From Longimicrobiales bacterium (GTDB lineage Bacteria > Gemmatimonadota > Gemmatimonadetes > Longimicrobiales > Gaopeijiaceae), in assembly GCA_963664435.2 (NCBI GenBank), contig CAXXKM010000003.1, forward strand, positions 1,344,001 through 1,408,000: 64,000 nucleotides of DNA, in the 5' to 3' direction. The first letter of the stretch is position 1, and each line of letters begins with the position of its first letter. A program made the position numbers and the translations under genes. Shown piece after piece: positions 54,228 to 64,000 of the stretch. The notes beneath the pieces are model-generated. The model was given only the letters and a program-made list of their open reading frames with translations. It ran no database searches and was not told the DNA's origin.

Positions 54228-54623
54228 CTATACCCGGCGCTTCTTGGGCGGCCGGCAACCGTTGTGCGGCAATGGGGTCACGTCCTCGATGGCCATGATG
54301 TGCAGGCCGGCCGCGTAGAGTGCCTGGATGGCGGACTCGCGGCCCGACCCGGGCCCCTGTACACGCACGCTGACGCGCCGGACTCCGAGGCTCACGGCTT
54401 CCCGCCCTGCCTGCTCGGCGGCGACAGTGGCGGCGAAGGGTGTCGACTTCTTGGAGCCCTTGAACCCCGCCTTGCCGGCGCTCGACCAGACGACCGTATT
54501 GCCCGCCGAATCGGTGATGGTGATGATCGTGTTGTTGAAGGTCGCCTTGATGTGTGCCACGCCTTCGGCTTCAACAACCTTCTTCGTACGCCGGACTCGA
54601 GCCGGCTTTCGTCCTTTTGCCAC
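54228..54623 (-). CDS. rpsK: 30S ribosomal protein S11
   Basis: [27 protein letters not shown]. Confidence 0.98.
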   Translation of the reverse strand: MAKGRKPARVRRTKKVVEAEGVAHIKATFNNTIITITDSAGNTVVWSSAGKAGFKGSKKSTPFAATVAAEQAGREAVSLGVRRVSVRVQGPGSGRESAIQALYAAGLHIMAIEDVTPLPHNGCRPPKKRRV

Positions 54624-54641
54624 GCGCGTCTTTCCTCGGCC

Positions 54642-55022
54642 CTACTTCCTGGGAGCCTTCTTCTTGCCGGCGATGGCCCGGCGGCGGCCCTTGTGGGTGC
54701 GGGCGTTCGTGTGAGTCCTCTGCCCTCTGACGGGGAGTCCGCGGCGATGACGCAATCCGCGGTAGCAGCCGATGTCCATCAGTCGCTTGATGTTCATCGA
54801 CACCTCGGTCCTGAGCGCGCCCTCCACCTTCAGCTCCGTCTCGATCTGCCTGCGCAACCGGCTGACATCCTCGTCGCTGAGGTTGAAGGTGCGTCTGTCG
54901 GGATCCACGCCGGTCGCGTCCAGAATCTCCCTGGCGCGCGTGGGGCCGACCCCGTAAATGTAGGTAAGCGCAACTTCTACGCGCTTGTTGCGCGGAAGAT
55001 CGACGCCTGCGATTCGTGCCAC
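54642..55022 (-). CDS. rpsM: 30S ribosomal protein S13
   Basis: [36 protein letters not shown] start. Confidence 0.98.
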   Translation of the reverse strand: MARIAGVDLPRNKRVEVALTYIYGVGPTRAREILDATGVDPDRRTFNLSDEDVSRLRRQIETELKVEGALRTEVSMNIKRLMDIGCYRGLRHRRGLPVRGQRTHTNARTHKGRRRAIAGKKKAPRK

Positions 55023-55050
55023 GGCTCGCGTTCCGAAACTCGGGAAATCC

Positions 55051-55167
55051 CTAACCCTGCCGCTGCTTGTGGCGAGGGTTGCGTGCGCAGATGACGCGGA
55101 CGACGCCACGCCTGCGGATCACCTTGCAGTGCTCGCAGATGGCCTTCACGCTGCTCCGCACTTTCAT
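55051..55167 (-). CDS. rpmJ: 50S ribosomal protein L36 (zinc-binding type)
   Basis: Below the ORF-track cutoff; hand translation [38 protein letters not shown]. Confidence 0.98.
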   Translation of the reverse strand: MKVRSSVKAICEHCKVIRRRGVVRVICARNPRHKQRQG

Positions 55168-55218
55168 TTCGGCCGGTCCTTGGCAACGGGGTGGTCTGCT
55201 TCACTGCATAGAAATTCA

Positions 55219-55247
55219 AAGGTAACCGAAAGCCCGCCTGGACTCAA
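55219..55247 (-). promoter_or_regulatory. Candidate sigma-70 promoter for rpmJ and the alpha operon
   Basis: Minus strand TTGAGT-N17-TACCTT in the map-rpmJ gap. Confidence 0.55.
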
Positions 55248-55258
55248 TGGCCATTCCG

Positions 55259-56035
55259 TCATGTGGAGGCGGGCACCGGGCGCGGGGCGGCGGTCAGCAC
55301 CCGTGCTCCCCTTCCGGTGACGGCTACCGTGTGCTCGAAGTGGGCGGAGCGCGAACCGTCGCTGGTCACCACGGTCCATCCGTCGTCGAGCGTGCGGATG
55401 GACGCGGCTCCGGCGCTCAGCATGGGTTCGATCGCGAGAACCATCCCCTCGAGCAGGCGCGGACCCTGGCCGGGACGACCGAAGTTGGGCACCTGGGGCG
55501 CTTCGTGCACCTCCCGCCCCACCCCGTGGCCGACCAGATCACGGACGACGGCGAATCCGGTTCCACGGACCGTGGCCTCAACGGCCGCGCCGATGTCGCC
55601 GACGTGATTCCCCGGCATCGCCGCGGCGATCGCCCGATCCAGCGCCTGCCTGGTGACCTCCAGCAGACGGCGGGTCGCCGCGTCCACCTCCCCTACCGTG
55701 AACGTGCTTGCCGAGTCCGAGCACCACCCGTTGAGCTTGACGCCCACGTCCAGCGAAACAATGTCACCGTCCGCGAGAATGCGGCTCGGGCTGGGAATCC
55801 CGTGCACGACTTCCGCATTGGTCGAGGTGCACACGGCGCCGGGGAAACCGTAGAGTCCCTTGAACGCCGGAATTGCGCCGTCGTGGGAGCGGATGAAATC
55901 CTCGCACAGGCGGTCGAGTTCGGCCGTCGTGACACCGGGGCGCACAACGTCCTCCAGCACGCCCAGAAGTTCGCCGATGATGCCCCCGCCCCGGGCGATT
56001 TCGGCGATCTCGGGTTCGCTCTTCAGTCGGATCAC
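55259..56035 (-). CDS. map: Methionine aminopeptidase type I
   Basis: VVHGIP, DIVSLDVG, DSAST, GHGVG..VHEAP, AIEPM, HFEHT; GTG start. Confidence 0.97.
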   Translation of the reverse strand: MIRLKSEPEIAEIARGGGIIGELLGVLEDVVRPGVTTAELDRLCEDFIRSHDGAIPAFKGLYGFPGAVCTSTNAEVVHGIPSPSRILADGDIVSLDVGVKLNGWCSDSASTFTVGEVDAATRRLLEVTRQALDRAIAAAMPGNHVGDIGAAVEATVRGTGFAVVRDLVGHGVGREVHEAPQVPNFGRPGQGPRLLEGMVLAIEPMLSAGAASIRTLDDGWTVVTSDGSRSAHFEHTVAVTGRGARVLTAAPRPVPAST

Positions 56036-56039
56036 GTCG

Positions 56040-56726
56040 TCACGCCGTTCCGTGGGACCTCGGTTCGGACTCGCCCGCCGACATGCGCCGCAAGGCCGCC
56101 CGCACCGACCGATACGTCTCTTCGATGCCCTGGGTGCCGTCCAGGCGCGCCACCAGCGGCCCGCCTTCCTCGTAGTACGCGACGATGGGTTCCGTCTGCG
56201 CCTCATAGACCCCAAGACGGCGGAGTATGGTCTGCGGACGATCGTCCTTCCGATGGATCAGGGCCTCTCCGGTGTCGTCGCAGACACCGTCCACGCGCGG
56301 CGGATCGTCGTGAATGTTGTAGACTCGCCCGTTCGGGCTGATGCGGCGCCCGCCGATTCTGCGCAGCACCACTCGCTCCGGCACGTCCAGCACGACAACG
56401 CCCTGCACGGCCCGTCCGGTGCGCGCGAGCGCCTCGTCCAGCGCCCGCGCCTGGGGCAGTGTCCGCGGAAAACCATCGAAGAGAATCGGCGCGTCCGCGG
56501 GAAGCTCCCCCAGGGTCTCCTCCACCAGGGCGACGATCACCTCGTCCGGAACCAGTTCTCCCGCGTCCATGTAGCGCCGGGCCTCTTCACCCAGTTCGGT
56601 GCCCGCCTGGCGCGCGGCGCGGAGCAGATCTCCCGTGGCGATCTTGCGAAAGCCCACATCGCGGATGAGTTTCGCGCTCTGCGTGCCCTTGCCGGCACCG
56701 GGGGGACCCAGGAAAACGGCGATCAT
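56040..56726 (-). CDS. adk: Adenylate kinase
   Basis: GPPGAGKGTQ, TGDLLR, DGFPRT, LID, RKDD. Confidence 0.98.
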   Translation of the reverse strand: MIAVFLGPPGAGKGTQSAKLIRDVGFRKIATGDLLRAARQAGTELGEEARRYMDAGELVPDEVIVALVEETLGELPADAPILFDGFPRTLPQARALDEALARTGRAVQGVVVLDVPERVVLRRIGGRRISPNGRVYNIHDDPPRVDGVCDDTGEALIHRKDDRPQTILRRLGVYEAQTEPIVAYYEEGGPLVARLDGTQGIEETYRSVRAALRRMSAGESEPRSHGTA

Positions 56727-56768
56727 GGTTCTCGCGGCAGACCTCGGGCAGCGCTCAGGCGGGGCGCA

Positions 56769-58082
56769 TCAGACGTAACGCCCACGGCCCCGCATCTTGA
56801 CCCGCCCCTTCTTCATGAAGCCGTCGTAGTGGCGAAGAAGCAGGTGTTGCTGGGCCTGCTGGACGGTGTCCAGGCCCACCCCGACCACGATCAGCAGGCT
56901 GGTGCCCCCGAAGAAGAAGGTCTGGATGTTGAACCAGTCAAAGATCCAGAAGGGCAGCAACGCGATGATGGCGAGGTAGATCGAGCCCGGGAGGGTGATG
57001 CGCGTCAGGATCCTGTCGATGTACTCGGCGGTGCGCGCGCCCGGCTTTACCCCGGGGATGAACGCCCCCTGCTTCTTCAGGTTCTCGGCCAGATCCACGG
57101 GGTTGAAGATGATGGCGGTGTAGAAGTAGGTGAAGAAGAGGATCAGGAGGGAATAGCTCCCGTAGTAGAGCCAGGTCCCGGGCTGGAACAGATCCGAGAT
57201 CTCGCGCAGAAAGCCGGCGCTCGAAAACGCCGCGATCGTGCCCGGCACGATGATGAAGGACTGGGCGAAGATGATCGGCATGACGCCGGCCGAGTTCACG
57301 CGCAGAGGAACGAAGCTCTTCTGGCCCTCCCGGATGCGGCCGCGACCCATCACCTTGCGTGGTATCTGAACCGGGATCTTGCGGGCCGCCATGGTCATCG
57401 CCACCACCCCCGCGGTGACCCCCACGACCACGGCACCCAGCGCAGCAAGGCCGACCACGCTGATCTCCCCGACCACGAACGACTCCCAGGTCCGGCCGAT
57501 CGCCGCCGGGAATCCCTCGATGATGGAGAAGAAGATCAGCAGCGACATGCCGTTGCCGATGCCGTTTTCCGTAATCTGCTCTCCCAGCCACATGACGAAG
57601 ACGGCGCCAACGGTGAGCGCAATGACGGTGGTGAACATGAACAGCACGCCGGGCGTCCGCACCGCGCCGGGAATGCTGGACAGGAAGACCGCATAGCCGT
57701 AGGCCTGGATGATGGACAGCACGACCGTCGTGTAGCGCGTCCACTGGGTGAGCTTCTTGCGCCCCTGCTCTCCTTCCTTCTGCAGCTTCTCGACCGTGGG
57801 AACCACGGCGGAGAGCAGCTGGAACATGATCGAGGCCGAGATATAGGGCATGATGCCGAGCGCCAGGATCGTGGCCCGGCTGAGGCCGCCCCCCACGAAC
57901 ATGTCGTAGATCCCGAACAGCGTATTGCTCAGCTGCCCGAACTGCTGGCGCAGGATGTTCACGTCGAGACCGGGCACGGTGATGTGCGCCCCCAGCCTGT
58001 AGACGAGAAGGATGAACAGCGTGAAGAGGATCTTCTGCTTCAGTTCTGGGACCCGGAACAGATTGGGAATCGGGTTGGCCAT
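56769..58082 (-). CDS. secY: Preprotein translocase SecY
   Basis: ALGIMPYISASI, WLGEQITENGIGNG, GVMPIIFA, IPGVKPG, FGGTSLLIVV. Confidence 0.99.
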   Translation of the reverse strand: MANPIPNLFRVPELKQKILFTLFILLVYRLGAHITVPGLDVNILRQQFGQLSNTLFGIYDMFVGGGLSRATILALGIMPYISASIMFQLLSAVVPTVEKLQKEGEQGRKKLTQWTRYTTVVLSIIQAYGYAVFLSSIPGAVRTPGVLFMFTTVIALTVGAVFVMWLGEQITENGIGNGMSLLIFFSIIEGFPAAIGRTWESFVVGEISVVGLAALGAVVVGVTAGVVAMTMAARKIPVQIPRKVMGRGRIREGQKSFVPLRVNSAGVMPIIFAQSFIIVPGTIAAFSSAGFLREISDLFQPGTWLYYGSYSLLILFFTYFYTAIIFNPVDLAENLKKQGAFIPGVKPGARTAEYIDRILTRITLPGSIYLAIIALLPFWIFDWFNIQTFFFGGTSLLIVVGVGLDTVQQAQQHLLLRHYDGFMKKGRVKMRGRGRYV

Positions 58083-58108
58083 CCTTTACCCCGTCTCGCG
58101 GTTTGGCG

Positions 58109-58558
58109 TCAGCGCGCGCTGGACACGGTGACCGTGCCGCCGGCAGCTTCGATTTTCCGGCGCGCGGACTGGCTGAACGCATGCGCCTCGACGTGCATCG
58201 CCCGCTCCGCCTCACCTGTTCCGAGCACCTTCACGGGCTTGCGGCCGCCGCGGGCCACACCGGCCTCGACAAGCGTCTGCAGAGTGATCCGATCGGTGTC
58301 GAGCCGGCTCAGGTCGCCAACGTTGATGACCGAGTACTCGACGCGTCCGCGGTTCTTGAATCCCCGCTTGGGGATGCGGCGCTGCAGGGGCATCTGGCCG
58401 CCCTCGAACCAGGCGGGAACCTTGCCGCCACTTCTGGACTTCTGACCGTTGTGTCCCCTGCCGGCCGTCTTGCCCAGCCCGGAGCCGGGTCCGCGCCCGA
58501 CGCGCTTGCGCGCCTTGCGTGATCCCGGGACGGGGCTCAGCCGGTGAAGTTCTGACAT
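58109..58558 (-). CDS. rplO: 50S ribosomal protein L15
   Basis: RVGRGPGSGLGKTAGRG, FEGGQMPL.RR.PK.GF. Confidence 0.98.
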   Translation of the reverse strand: MSELHRLSPVPGSRKARKRVGRGPGSGLGKTAGRGHNGQKSRSGGKVPAWFEGGQMPLQRRIPKRGFKNRGRVEYSVINVGDLSRLDTDRITLQTLVEAGVARGGRKPVKVLGTGEAERAMHVEAHAFSQSARRKIEAAGGTVTVSSAR

Positions 58559-58577
58559 CCGTTGCGATCTCCGTCGG

Positions 58578-58772
58578 TTAGGTGACTTCGGTGACTTCCA
58601 CCAGGTGCCTGACCTGTCGGATCATGCCCCGGATGGCCGAGGTGTCCGTGTGCACAACCGACTGCTGGTGCCTGCGGATCCCCAGGGCGCGCAACGTCCG
58701 CCGGTGCGTGCTCAGCCTCCCGATGCCGCTGCGCACCTGCTTGATCCGGATCTTCCCGGGCGTGTCGGACAC
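58578..58772 (-). CDS. rpmD: 50S ribosomal protein L30
   Basis: [21 protein letters not shown]. Confidence 0.96.
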   Translation of the reverse strand: MSDTPGKIRIKQVRSGIGRLSTHRRTLRALGIRRHQQSVVHTDTSAIRGMIRQVRHLVEVTEVT

Positions 58773-58775
58773 GGT

Positions 58776-59294
58776 CTATCCTCCCAGCTCTTCGACGCTG
58801 ATGCCGCGCTCGCGCGCGACCTGCTCGGGCGTGGCCAGCCGTCCCAGACCATTCAGCGTCGCCTTGACCACGTTGATGGGGTTGTTCGAACCCAGACTCT
58901 TGGTCAGCACGTCGGTGACCCCCGCAGCCTCGAGCACCGCCCGTACCGGACCGCCGGCGATCACGCCGGTCCCGGGCGCTGCAGGACGCAGGAGCACCCG
59001 CCCCGCGCCCCACCGGCCGATGATCTCATGGGGCAGGGTGCCGCGAACGACGGACACCTTTTGCATGTTGCGCCGTGCCCGCTCGAACGCCTTGCGGATG
59101 GCCTCGGCCACGTCGCTCGCCTTGGCCAGCGCCACGCCCATGTTGCCCTTCTGGTCGCCCACCGACACCAGCGCGGTGAACGAGAAGCGGCGTCCGCCCT
59201 TCACCACCTTCGCGACCCGGTTGATGTGGATGACGTTCTCGACGAGTTCGCTCTCACGCGAGCGGTTACGGTCCTTACCTCTGTTTCTGGCCAT
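58776..59294 (-). CDS. rpsE: 30S ribosomal protein S5
   Basis: [36 protein letters not shown]. Confidence 0.98.
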   Translation of the reverse strand: MARNRGKDRNRSRESELVENVIHINRVAKVVKGGRRFSFTALVSVGDQKGNMGVALAKASDVAEAIRKAFERARRNMQKVSVVRGTLPHEIIGRWGAGRVLLRPAAPGTGVIAGGPVRAVLEAAGVTDVLTKSLGSNNPINVVKATLNGLGRLATPEQVARERGISVEELGG

Positions 59295-59683
59295 CAGAAG
59301 TTCAGCCCTCCTTCGCGCGCGCCCTCGGCAAAGGCCTTCACCCTGCCGTGATACTGGTAGCCTCCACGGTCGAATACCGCGGTGCTGATGCCCTCCGAAC
59401 GAGCGCGATCGGCCAGCATCCTGCCCGCCGCCCGGGCCCGCTCGACTCGCGGGTTGCGAGATTCGGTCTCAAGCTCGCGGAGCTCCGCGGACTGGGTGGA
59501 CACCCCGGCCAGGGTGCGTCCAAGGTCGTCGTCCACCAGTTGCCCCTCCATGTGCTTCAGGGACCGGAACACCACGAGCCGCGGGCGTTCGGCGGACCCG
59601 TTCACGCGCTTGCGGACCCTGCGATGCCGGCGGATGCGCTGCAGGCGCCGGCTCCTTCTCAACTTCGAACTTTTTGCGGTCAC
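59294..59683 (-). CDS. rplR: 50S ribosomal protein L18
   Basis: [31 protein letters not shown] start approximate. Confidence 0.97.
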   Translation of the reverse strand: MTAKSSKLRRSRRLQRIRRHRRVRKRVNGSAERPRLVVFRSLKHMEGQLVDDDLGRTLAGVSTQSAELRELETESRNPRVERARAAGRMLADRARSEGISTAVFDRGGYQYHGRVKAFAEGAREGGLNF

Positions 59684-59706
59684 GGTTTCCTCGCTCTGCG
59701 GGCAGA

Positions 59707-60246
59707 CTACGAAGCGGCGGTCTTGCCGACCTTGCGACGGATCTGCTCTCCCTGGTAGCGCACGCCCTTGCCCTTGTACGGCTCCGGGGGCCGGAACGAC
59801 CGGATTTCGGCCGCCACCTGTCCCACCTTCTGCTTGTCGATCCCATGCACGACCACGATGTCCTGCCTGGGACACTCGAGCGTGATGCCTTCGGGCTCCG
59901 GGTAGTCGATGGTATGGGAGTATCCCAGGCTCAGGACCAGTTCCCTGCCCTGCTTCTGTGCCCGGTATCCCACGCCCACGATCTCCAGCGTCTTGCTGTA
60001 CCCGGTCGTCACGCCGTGCACCATGTTGGCGATGAGCGCGCGCGTGAGACCGTGAAGCGACCGGTGCGTGCGGTTGTCGGAAGGCCTCCGCACGACGACC
60101 TCCCCTTTCCCCACGTGAACGGTCATGGCGGGATGCACGTCGAGGGTCAGTTGGCCCTTCGGCCCCTTGACCGTCAGGACGGGCTCCCGGTACTCGACGG
60201 TCACGCCGCCCGGAATGGCGACCGGCAGTTTACCTATGCGCGACAT
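59707..60246 (-). CDS. rplF: 50S ribosomal protein L6
   Basis: [26 protein letters not shown]. Confidence 0.98.
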   Translation of the reverse strand: MSRIGKLPVAIPGGVTVEYREPVLTVKGPKGQLTLDVHPAMTVHVGKGEVVVRRPSDNRTHRSLHGLTRALIANMVHGVTTGYSKTLEIVGVGYRAQKQGRELVLSLGYSHTIDYPEPEGITLECPRQDIVVVHGIDKQKVGQVAAEIRSFRPPEPYKGKGVRYQGEQIRRKVGKTAAS

Positions 60247-60278
60247 ATACGTTTACGTCGTGGTTGATGGAATTCTGG

Positions 60279-60674
60279 CTACCACACGATCGCCAGCACT
60301 TCGCCGCCTACCCCTTCCTTGCGCGCCGTGCGGTCGGAGAGCACACCCCTGGATGTCGACAGAATCGCCATCCCCAGGCCGTTCCTGACTCTGGGGATAT
60401 CCTCACGGCCGACGTACCGCCGCCGCCCGGGCGACGAGAAGCGCTCGATATGCCGGATGACCGGACGTCCCTCATCGCGATACTTCAGGTAGACGCGCAG
60501 AACCCCGTGGGCTCCGTCGTCGAGCACCTTGTAGCCGAAGACGAAATGGTTCTCGCCGAGCAGCCGGGCAATCTCGATCTTCATCCGGGAGACGGGCATG
60601 TCCGCCCAGCGGTGGCCCGCCTGTCCGGCGTTGCGCAGCCGGGTCAGCATGTCGGCAATCGGGTCCGTCATCAT
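60279..60674 (-). CDS. rpsH: 30S ribosomal protein S8
   Basis: TDPIADMLTRLRNA, SSPGRRRY, ILSTSRG, GGEV. Confidence 0.98.
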   Translation of the reverse strand: MMTDPIADMLTRLRNAGQAGHRWADMPVSRMKIEIARLLGENHFVFGYKVLDDGAHGVLRVYLKYRDEGRPVIRHIERFSSPGRRRYVGREDIPRVRNGLGMAILSTSRGVLSDRTARKEGVGGEVLAIVW

Positions 60675-60716
60675 GTCGAGTCTCGTCCCTCCGTTCTTCC
60701 CTGGGTTGTCGGCGCC

Positions 60717-61304
60717 TCAGGCGGCGCCGTTCTGGCCGATGATGACCGGAAGCGAGCCGCGAAACGGAAATCCCAGCTCTCGCAGCAGCGCCAGCGCCTC
60801 GTCGTCCTTGCTGGTGCTCGTAACCACGGTGATGTCCATGCCGTGGATTCGGTCGATCCTGTCGTAGTCGATCTCGGGGAAGATGATCTGCTCGCGAACC
60901 CCGAGGCTGAAGTTGCCGCGCCCGTCGAAGGACTTCGTGGACAGCCCGCGGAAGTCGCGGATGCGCGGTATGGTAGCGCTGACCAGTCGGTCGAGAAACT
61001 CGTACATGCGGTGCCGGCGCAGCGTGACCCTGGCTCCGACCGGCATGCCCGTCCTCAACGAGAAGTTGGAGATGGACTTCCGTGCCCGGGTGATGACCGG
61101 CTTCTGTCCGGAGATCACCGACAATTCCTCGACCACGCTGTCGAGGAACTTCCGATTCTTGCTCGCCTCGCCGACGCCGACGTTGAGCACAACCTTCACC
61201 GGGTGTGGAATTTGATTGACGTTGGTGAAGCCGAATTCCTCCTGAAGCTTCGGCTGAACCTTCTCCAGATAGTGCCGGCGAAGCCGGGGGTTCATCTCCG
61301 TCAT
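60717..61304 (-). CDS. rplE: 50S ribosomal protein L5
   Basis: [32 protein letters not shown]; start approximate. Confidence 0.98.
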   Translation of the reverse strand: MTEMNPRLRRHYLEKVQPKLQEEFGFTNVNQIPHPVKVVLNVGVGEASKNRKFLDSVVEELSVISGQKPVITRARKSISNFSLRTGMPVGARVTLRRHRMYEFLDRLVSATIPRIRDFRGLSTKSFDGRGNFSLGVREQIIFPEIDYDRIDRIHGMDITVVTSTSKDDEALALLRELGFPFRGSLPVIIGQNGAA

Positions 61305-61333
61305 CTTGCAAATCCGTCCCTTGTCGTCACCCG

Positions 61334-61684
61334 TCACCTCGGCGCCGGAATGGGGTTGCCGGTCTTCACCGCGATGCGTTCCTTCACGCCACCTTCCTCG
61401 AGACGCATGCGGACGCGGCTGGCCTCTCCGCTGGCCGGATCGATCAACATCACGTTGGAAATGTGGATCGGAGCCTCGAAGGTGATGATCCCTCCCTCCG
61501 GATTGGCCGCGGTGGGCCGCTGGTGGCGCTTGCGCATGTTCACGCCCTCGATCACCACCCGATCCCGGTCGCGGACCACCCGGAGGACCGTCCCCTGCTC
61601 GTCCCGGTGGTTGCCGCGGATCACGCGCACGCGGTCACCCTTCGCAATCCGGTGTTTGCGCCCGCCCCCGGTCCGCTTCAGCAT
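61334..61684 (-). CDS. rplX: 50S ribosomal protein L24
   Basis: [10 protein letters not shown] (KOW), [13 protein letters not shown]. Confidence 0.97.
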   Translation of the reverse strand: MLKRTGGGRKHRIAKGDRVRVIRGNHRDEQGTVLRVVRDRDRVVIEGVNMRKRHQRPTAANPEGGIITFEAPIHISNVMLIDPASGEASRVRMRLEEGGVKERIAVKTGNPIPAPR

Positions 61685-62052
61685 CAGAGCACCTCCGGCG
61701 CCAGCGAAACGATCTTCATGTAGCGCTTCTCCCTGAGTTCACGTCCGACCGGGCCGAAGATGCGCGTGCCCTTCGGCTCGCCGTTGGTGTCGATAAGCAC
61801 CGCGGCGTTGTCGTCGAAACGGATATAGGAGCCGTCGCGCCTGCGCACTTCCTTGGCCGTTCGCACCACGACCGCGCGCACGATATCCCCTTTGCGCACG
61901 CCCGCGTTGGGAATGGCATCCTTTACCGTGAGCACGACCAGGTCGCCCACGCTGGCGTAGCGGCGGCCCGAGCCGCCGAGAACACGGATGCACAGGGCCT
62001 TCTTGGCGCCCGTGTTGTCCGTGATCCGGACCATCGATTCCTGTTGGATCAT
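61684..62052 (-). CDS. rplN: 50S ribosomal protein L14
   Basis: [34 protein letters not shown]. Confidence 0.99.
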   Translation of the reverse strand: MIQQESMVRITDNTGAKKALCIRVLGGSGRRYASVGDLVVLTVKDAIPNAGVRKGDIVRAVVVRTAKEVRRRDGSYIRFDDNAAVLIDTNGEPKGTRIFGPVGRELREKRYMKIVSLAPEVL

Positions 62053-62059
62053 CGCCCGC

Positions 62060-62344
62060 CTATCCTTCCGCCCGGTCGACCAGTTCAGCGACTCTCCACC
62101 GCTTGGTGCGGGAGAGGGGCCGCGTTTCCACGATGCGCACGGTGTCGCCCATGCGGTACTGGTTGTCTTCGTCGTGGGCGTGATACTTGCGGGTGCGCTT
62201 CACCTGCTTCCCGTAGAGGGGATGGGCGAACTGGCGCGCGACGAGCACGGTGACCGTCTTGTCCGCAACGTCCGACACCACCACTCCCGTTCGCGTCTTT
62301 CGCCGGTTGCGCGCCGCGCGCGCGGCATCCGCTGTCGCGGTCAT
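62060..62344 (-). CDS. rpsQ: 30S ribosomal protein S17
   Basis: GVVVSD, HPLYGK, AHDE, ETRPLS.TKRW. Confidence 0.98.
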   Translation of the reverse strand: MTATADAARAARNRRKTRTGVVVSDVADKTVTVLVARQFAHPLYGKQVKRTRKYHAHDEDNQYRMGDTVRIVETRPLSRTKRWRVAELVDRAEG

Positions 62345-62565
62345 GAGGCATTCTCCTCGGTCAGGGCCAGAGCCGCCGCGAGTTCGCGTTCGCGCTGGAC
62401 GGTGCGAACTCGGGCTATATCCCTGCGCAGCTGCGAAAGCAGTCTGGGGTTCTCAAGCTCCATGGTCGCGGCCCGGAACTTGAGGCGGAACCGCTCCTCT
62501 CGCAGTTCGTCCAGCTGCTCCCGGATCTGCTGGTCGGTCATATCGCGAATGTCTTCGATGTCCAT
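62341..62565 (-). CDS. rpmC: 50S ribosomal protein L29
   Basis: [23 protein letters not shown]. Confidence 0.96.
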   Translation of the reverse strand: MDIEDIRDMTDQQIREQLDELREERFRLKFRAATMELENPRLLSQLRRDIARVRTVQRERELAAALALTEENAS

Positions 62566-62577
62566 GCCCGGTTCCCC

Positions 62578-63000
62578 TCAGGTTCCCAACTGCTGTTCGC
62601 GCGAGACGAAACGGGTCTTGATGGGGAGCTTGTCGGATGCGAGCTGCATGGCCCGCCGCGCGATGTCCTCCCCCACGCCTTCCATCTCGAACATCATCCG
62701 CCCCGGCTTGACCACCGCCACCCAACCTTCCGGGTTGCCCTTCCCCTTGCCCATTCGCGTTTCGGCGGGCTTGGAGGTAACCGGCTTGTCCGGAAAGATC
62801 CGGATCCACACCTTTCCGCCCCTCTTGATGTGCCGGGTCATGGCCACGCGCGCCGACTCGATCTGCCGATTGCTGATCCAGGCGGACTCCACGGCCTGAA
62901 GCCCGTAGTCGCCGAAGCTCACCCGGTTTCCGCGACGGGAAACCCCGCGCATCTTGCCCTTGTGCTTCTTGCGGTACTTGACCCGCTTCGGTGCCAGCAT
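62578..63000 (-). CDS. rplP: 50S ribosomal protein L16
   Basis: [30 protein letters not shown]. Confidence 0.99.
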   Translation of the reverse strand: MLAPKRVKYRKKHKGKMRGVSRRGNRVSFGDYGLQAVESAWISNRQIESARVAMTRHIKRGGKVWIRIFPDKPVTSKPAETRMGKGKGNPEGWVAVVKPGRMMFEMEGVGEDIARRAMQLASDKLPIKTRFVSREQQLGT

Positions 63001-63059
63001 CTGCTATCGTCCTTGCGAGGCCCGCCGCCGGGCGGGCCGGGTTCCGTTCGCGTGCACCG

Positions 63060-63719
63060 TCATGATCCCGTCGAGTAGGTCCGGCCGCGCCGGTCGTCCA
63101 CCACTTCGCCCTTGAAGATCCAGCACTTCACGCCGACGGTACCGTAGGTGGTGTCCGCCCTCACGCTCGCGTAGTCGATGTTCGCCCGCAGGGTGTGCAG
63201 GGGTACGCGGCCCTCGTGATAAGCTTCGGTGCGGGCGATCTCCGCGCCGCCCAGACGGCCGCCACACTGGATCTTGATCCCCTCCGCCCCCGCGCGGCGC
63301 GCGGACTGGACGGCGCGCTTCATGGCCCGCCGGAACGAAATCCGCTGACGCAGCTGGTGCTTGACGTTCTCCGCCACCAGGCGCGCGTCCAGCTCCGGCT
63401 GCTTTATTTCCTCGACGTTCACGGAGACCTCGGACCTGGTCAGCACGCCCAGCTCGTCGCGCAGCTTGTCCACCTCCGCTCCCCGCTTTCCGATCACGAC
63501 GCCCGGCCGGGCGGTATGCACGGTCATGACGATCTTGGACGGCTTGCGGTCGATCTCGACCCGGGAGATGGCCGCGTGCGCCAGACGGCGGTCGAGATAC
63601 CGCCTGATGGTCTCGTCTTCCTGAAGCAGCTGCGGGAACTCCTTCTCCGCATACCACCGGGACTGCCAGTCCTTGACGATGCCGAGCCGGAACCCGTGAG
63701 GGTGTGTCTTCTGTCCCAT
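63060..63719 (-). CDS. rpsC: 30S ribosomal protein S3
   Basis: [37 protein letters not shown]. Confidence 0.99.
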   Translation of the reverse strand: MGQKTHPHGFRLGIVKDWQSRWYAEKEFPQLLQEDETIRRYLDRRLAHAAISRVEIDRKPSKIVMTVHTARPGVVIGKRGAEVDKLRDELGVLTRSEVSVNVEEIKQPELDARLVAENVKHQLRQRISFRRAMKRAVQSARRAGAEGIKIQCGGRLGGAEIARTEAYHEGRVPLHTLRANIDYASVRADTTYGTVGVKCWIFKGEVVDDRRGRTYSTGS

Positions 63720-63723
63720 CGAC

Positions 63724-64000
63724 CTATTCCTCGCTTTCCACGACGATCGTGATGTGGCTCGAGCGCCTTCGGATCGGGGCCGCCCTTCCCATGGCCGCCG
63801 CCCGCCAGCGCTTCGTGGTCCGCCCGCCATCGACGAATGCCCGCGTGATCACGAGCTCGTCCACATCGAGCACCTCCCCGTCCTCCTCCGCCCTGTACTC
63901 GGCGTTCGCGACCGCGGAGCGGAGCGTCTTGCCGACCGGTACCGACGCGGCCTTCTTCGAGAATCGAAGGATCGCGTAGGCCTGGTTGACGGGGAGGCCC
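63724..64000 (-). CDS. rplV: 50S ribosomal protein L22 (partial, 5' end beyond the window)
   Basis: Hand translation [18 protein letters not shown]...[10 protein letters not shown]...FVDGG...[19 protein letters not shown]. Confidence 0.97.
   Translation of the reverse strand, partial: GLPVNQAYAILRFSKKAASVPVGKTLRSAVANAEYRAEEDGEVLDVDELVITRAFVDGGRTTKRWRAAAMGRAAPIRRRSSHITIVVESEE

Overview
High-GC bacterial core-genome segment, most likely Gemmatimonadota (inferred from protein style and gene order, not tested). About 70 genes, all on the minus strand except one PpiD/SurA-like gene. In transcription order (right to left): the end of the S10 operon, the spc and alpha operons (rplV to rplQ), a hypothetical membrane protein, rpmB, a UDP-sugar dehydrogenase/TPR/DegT block, bamD-nadD-secA-radC-rel-uvrB-tsaE-tsaB, tol-pal-cpoB, nrdR, tatC, lptD, an FN3 lipoprotein, glutamate formiminotransferase, TPR, polyprenyl synthase, DUF4321, tatA, TPR-aroQ-efp-accB-accC-ftsK-lolA-OMP-lnt, prfA-prmC-ylbF-ino1-tmk, a three-gene cassette (CPAF/tricorn-like S41 lipoprotein, DAACS transporter with altered binding residues, Cys-less class V PLP enzyme) and ctpA. 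I saw no rRNA, tRNA, CRISPR array or mobile element. The best leads are the peptidase/transporter/PLP cassette, a tandem 20-bp palindrome resembling paired NrdR boxes before tmk, the absence of rpsN and infA from their usual positions, a probably leaderless formiminotransferase mRNA, and a sigma-54-type promoter on the FN3 lipoprotein. All calls come from motif recognition by eye; no database searches were run.
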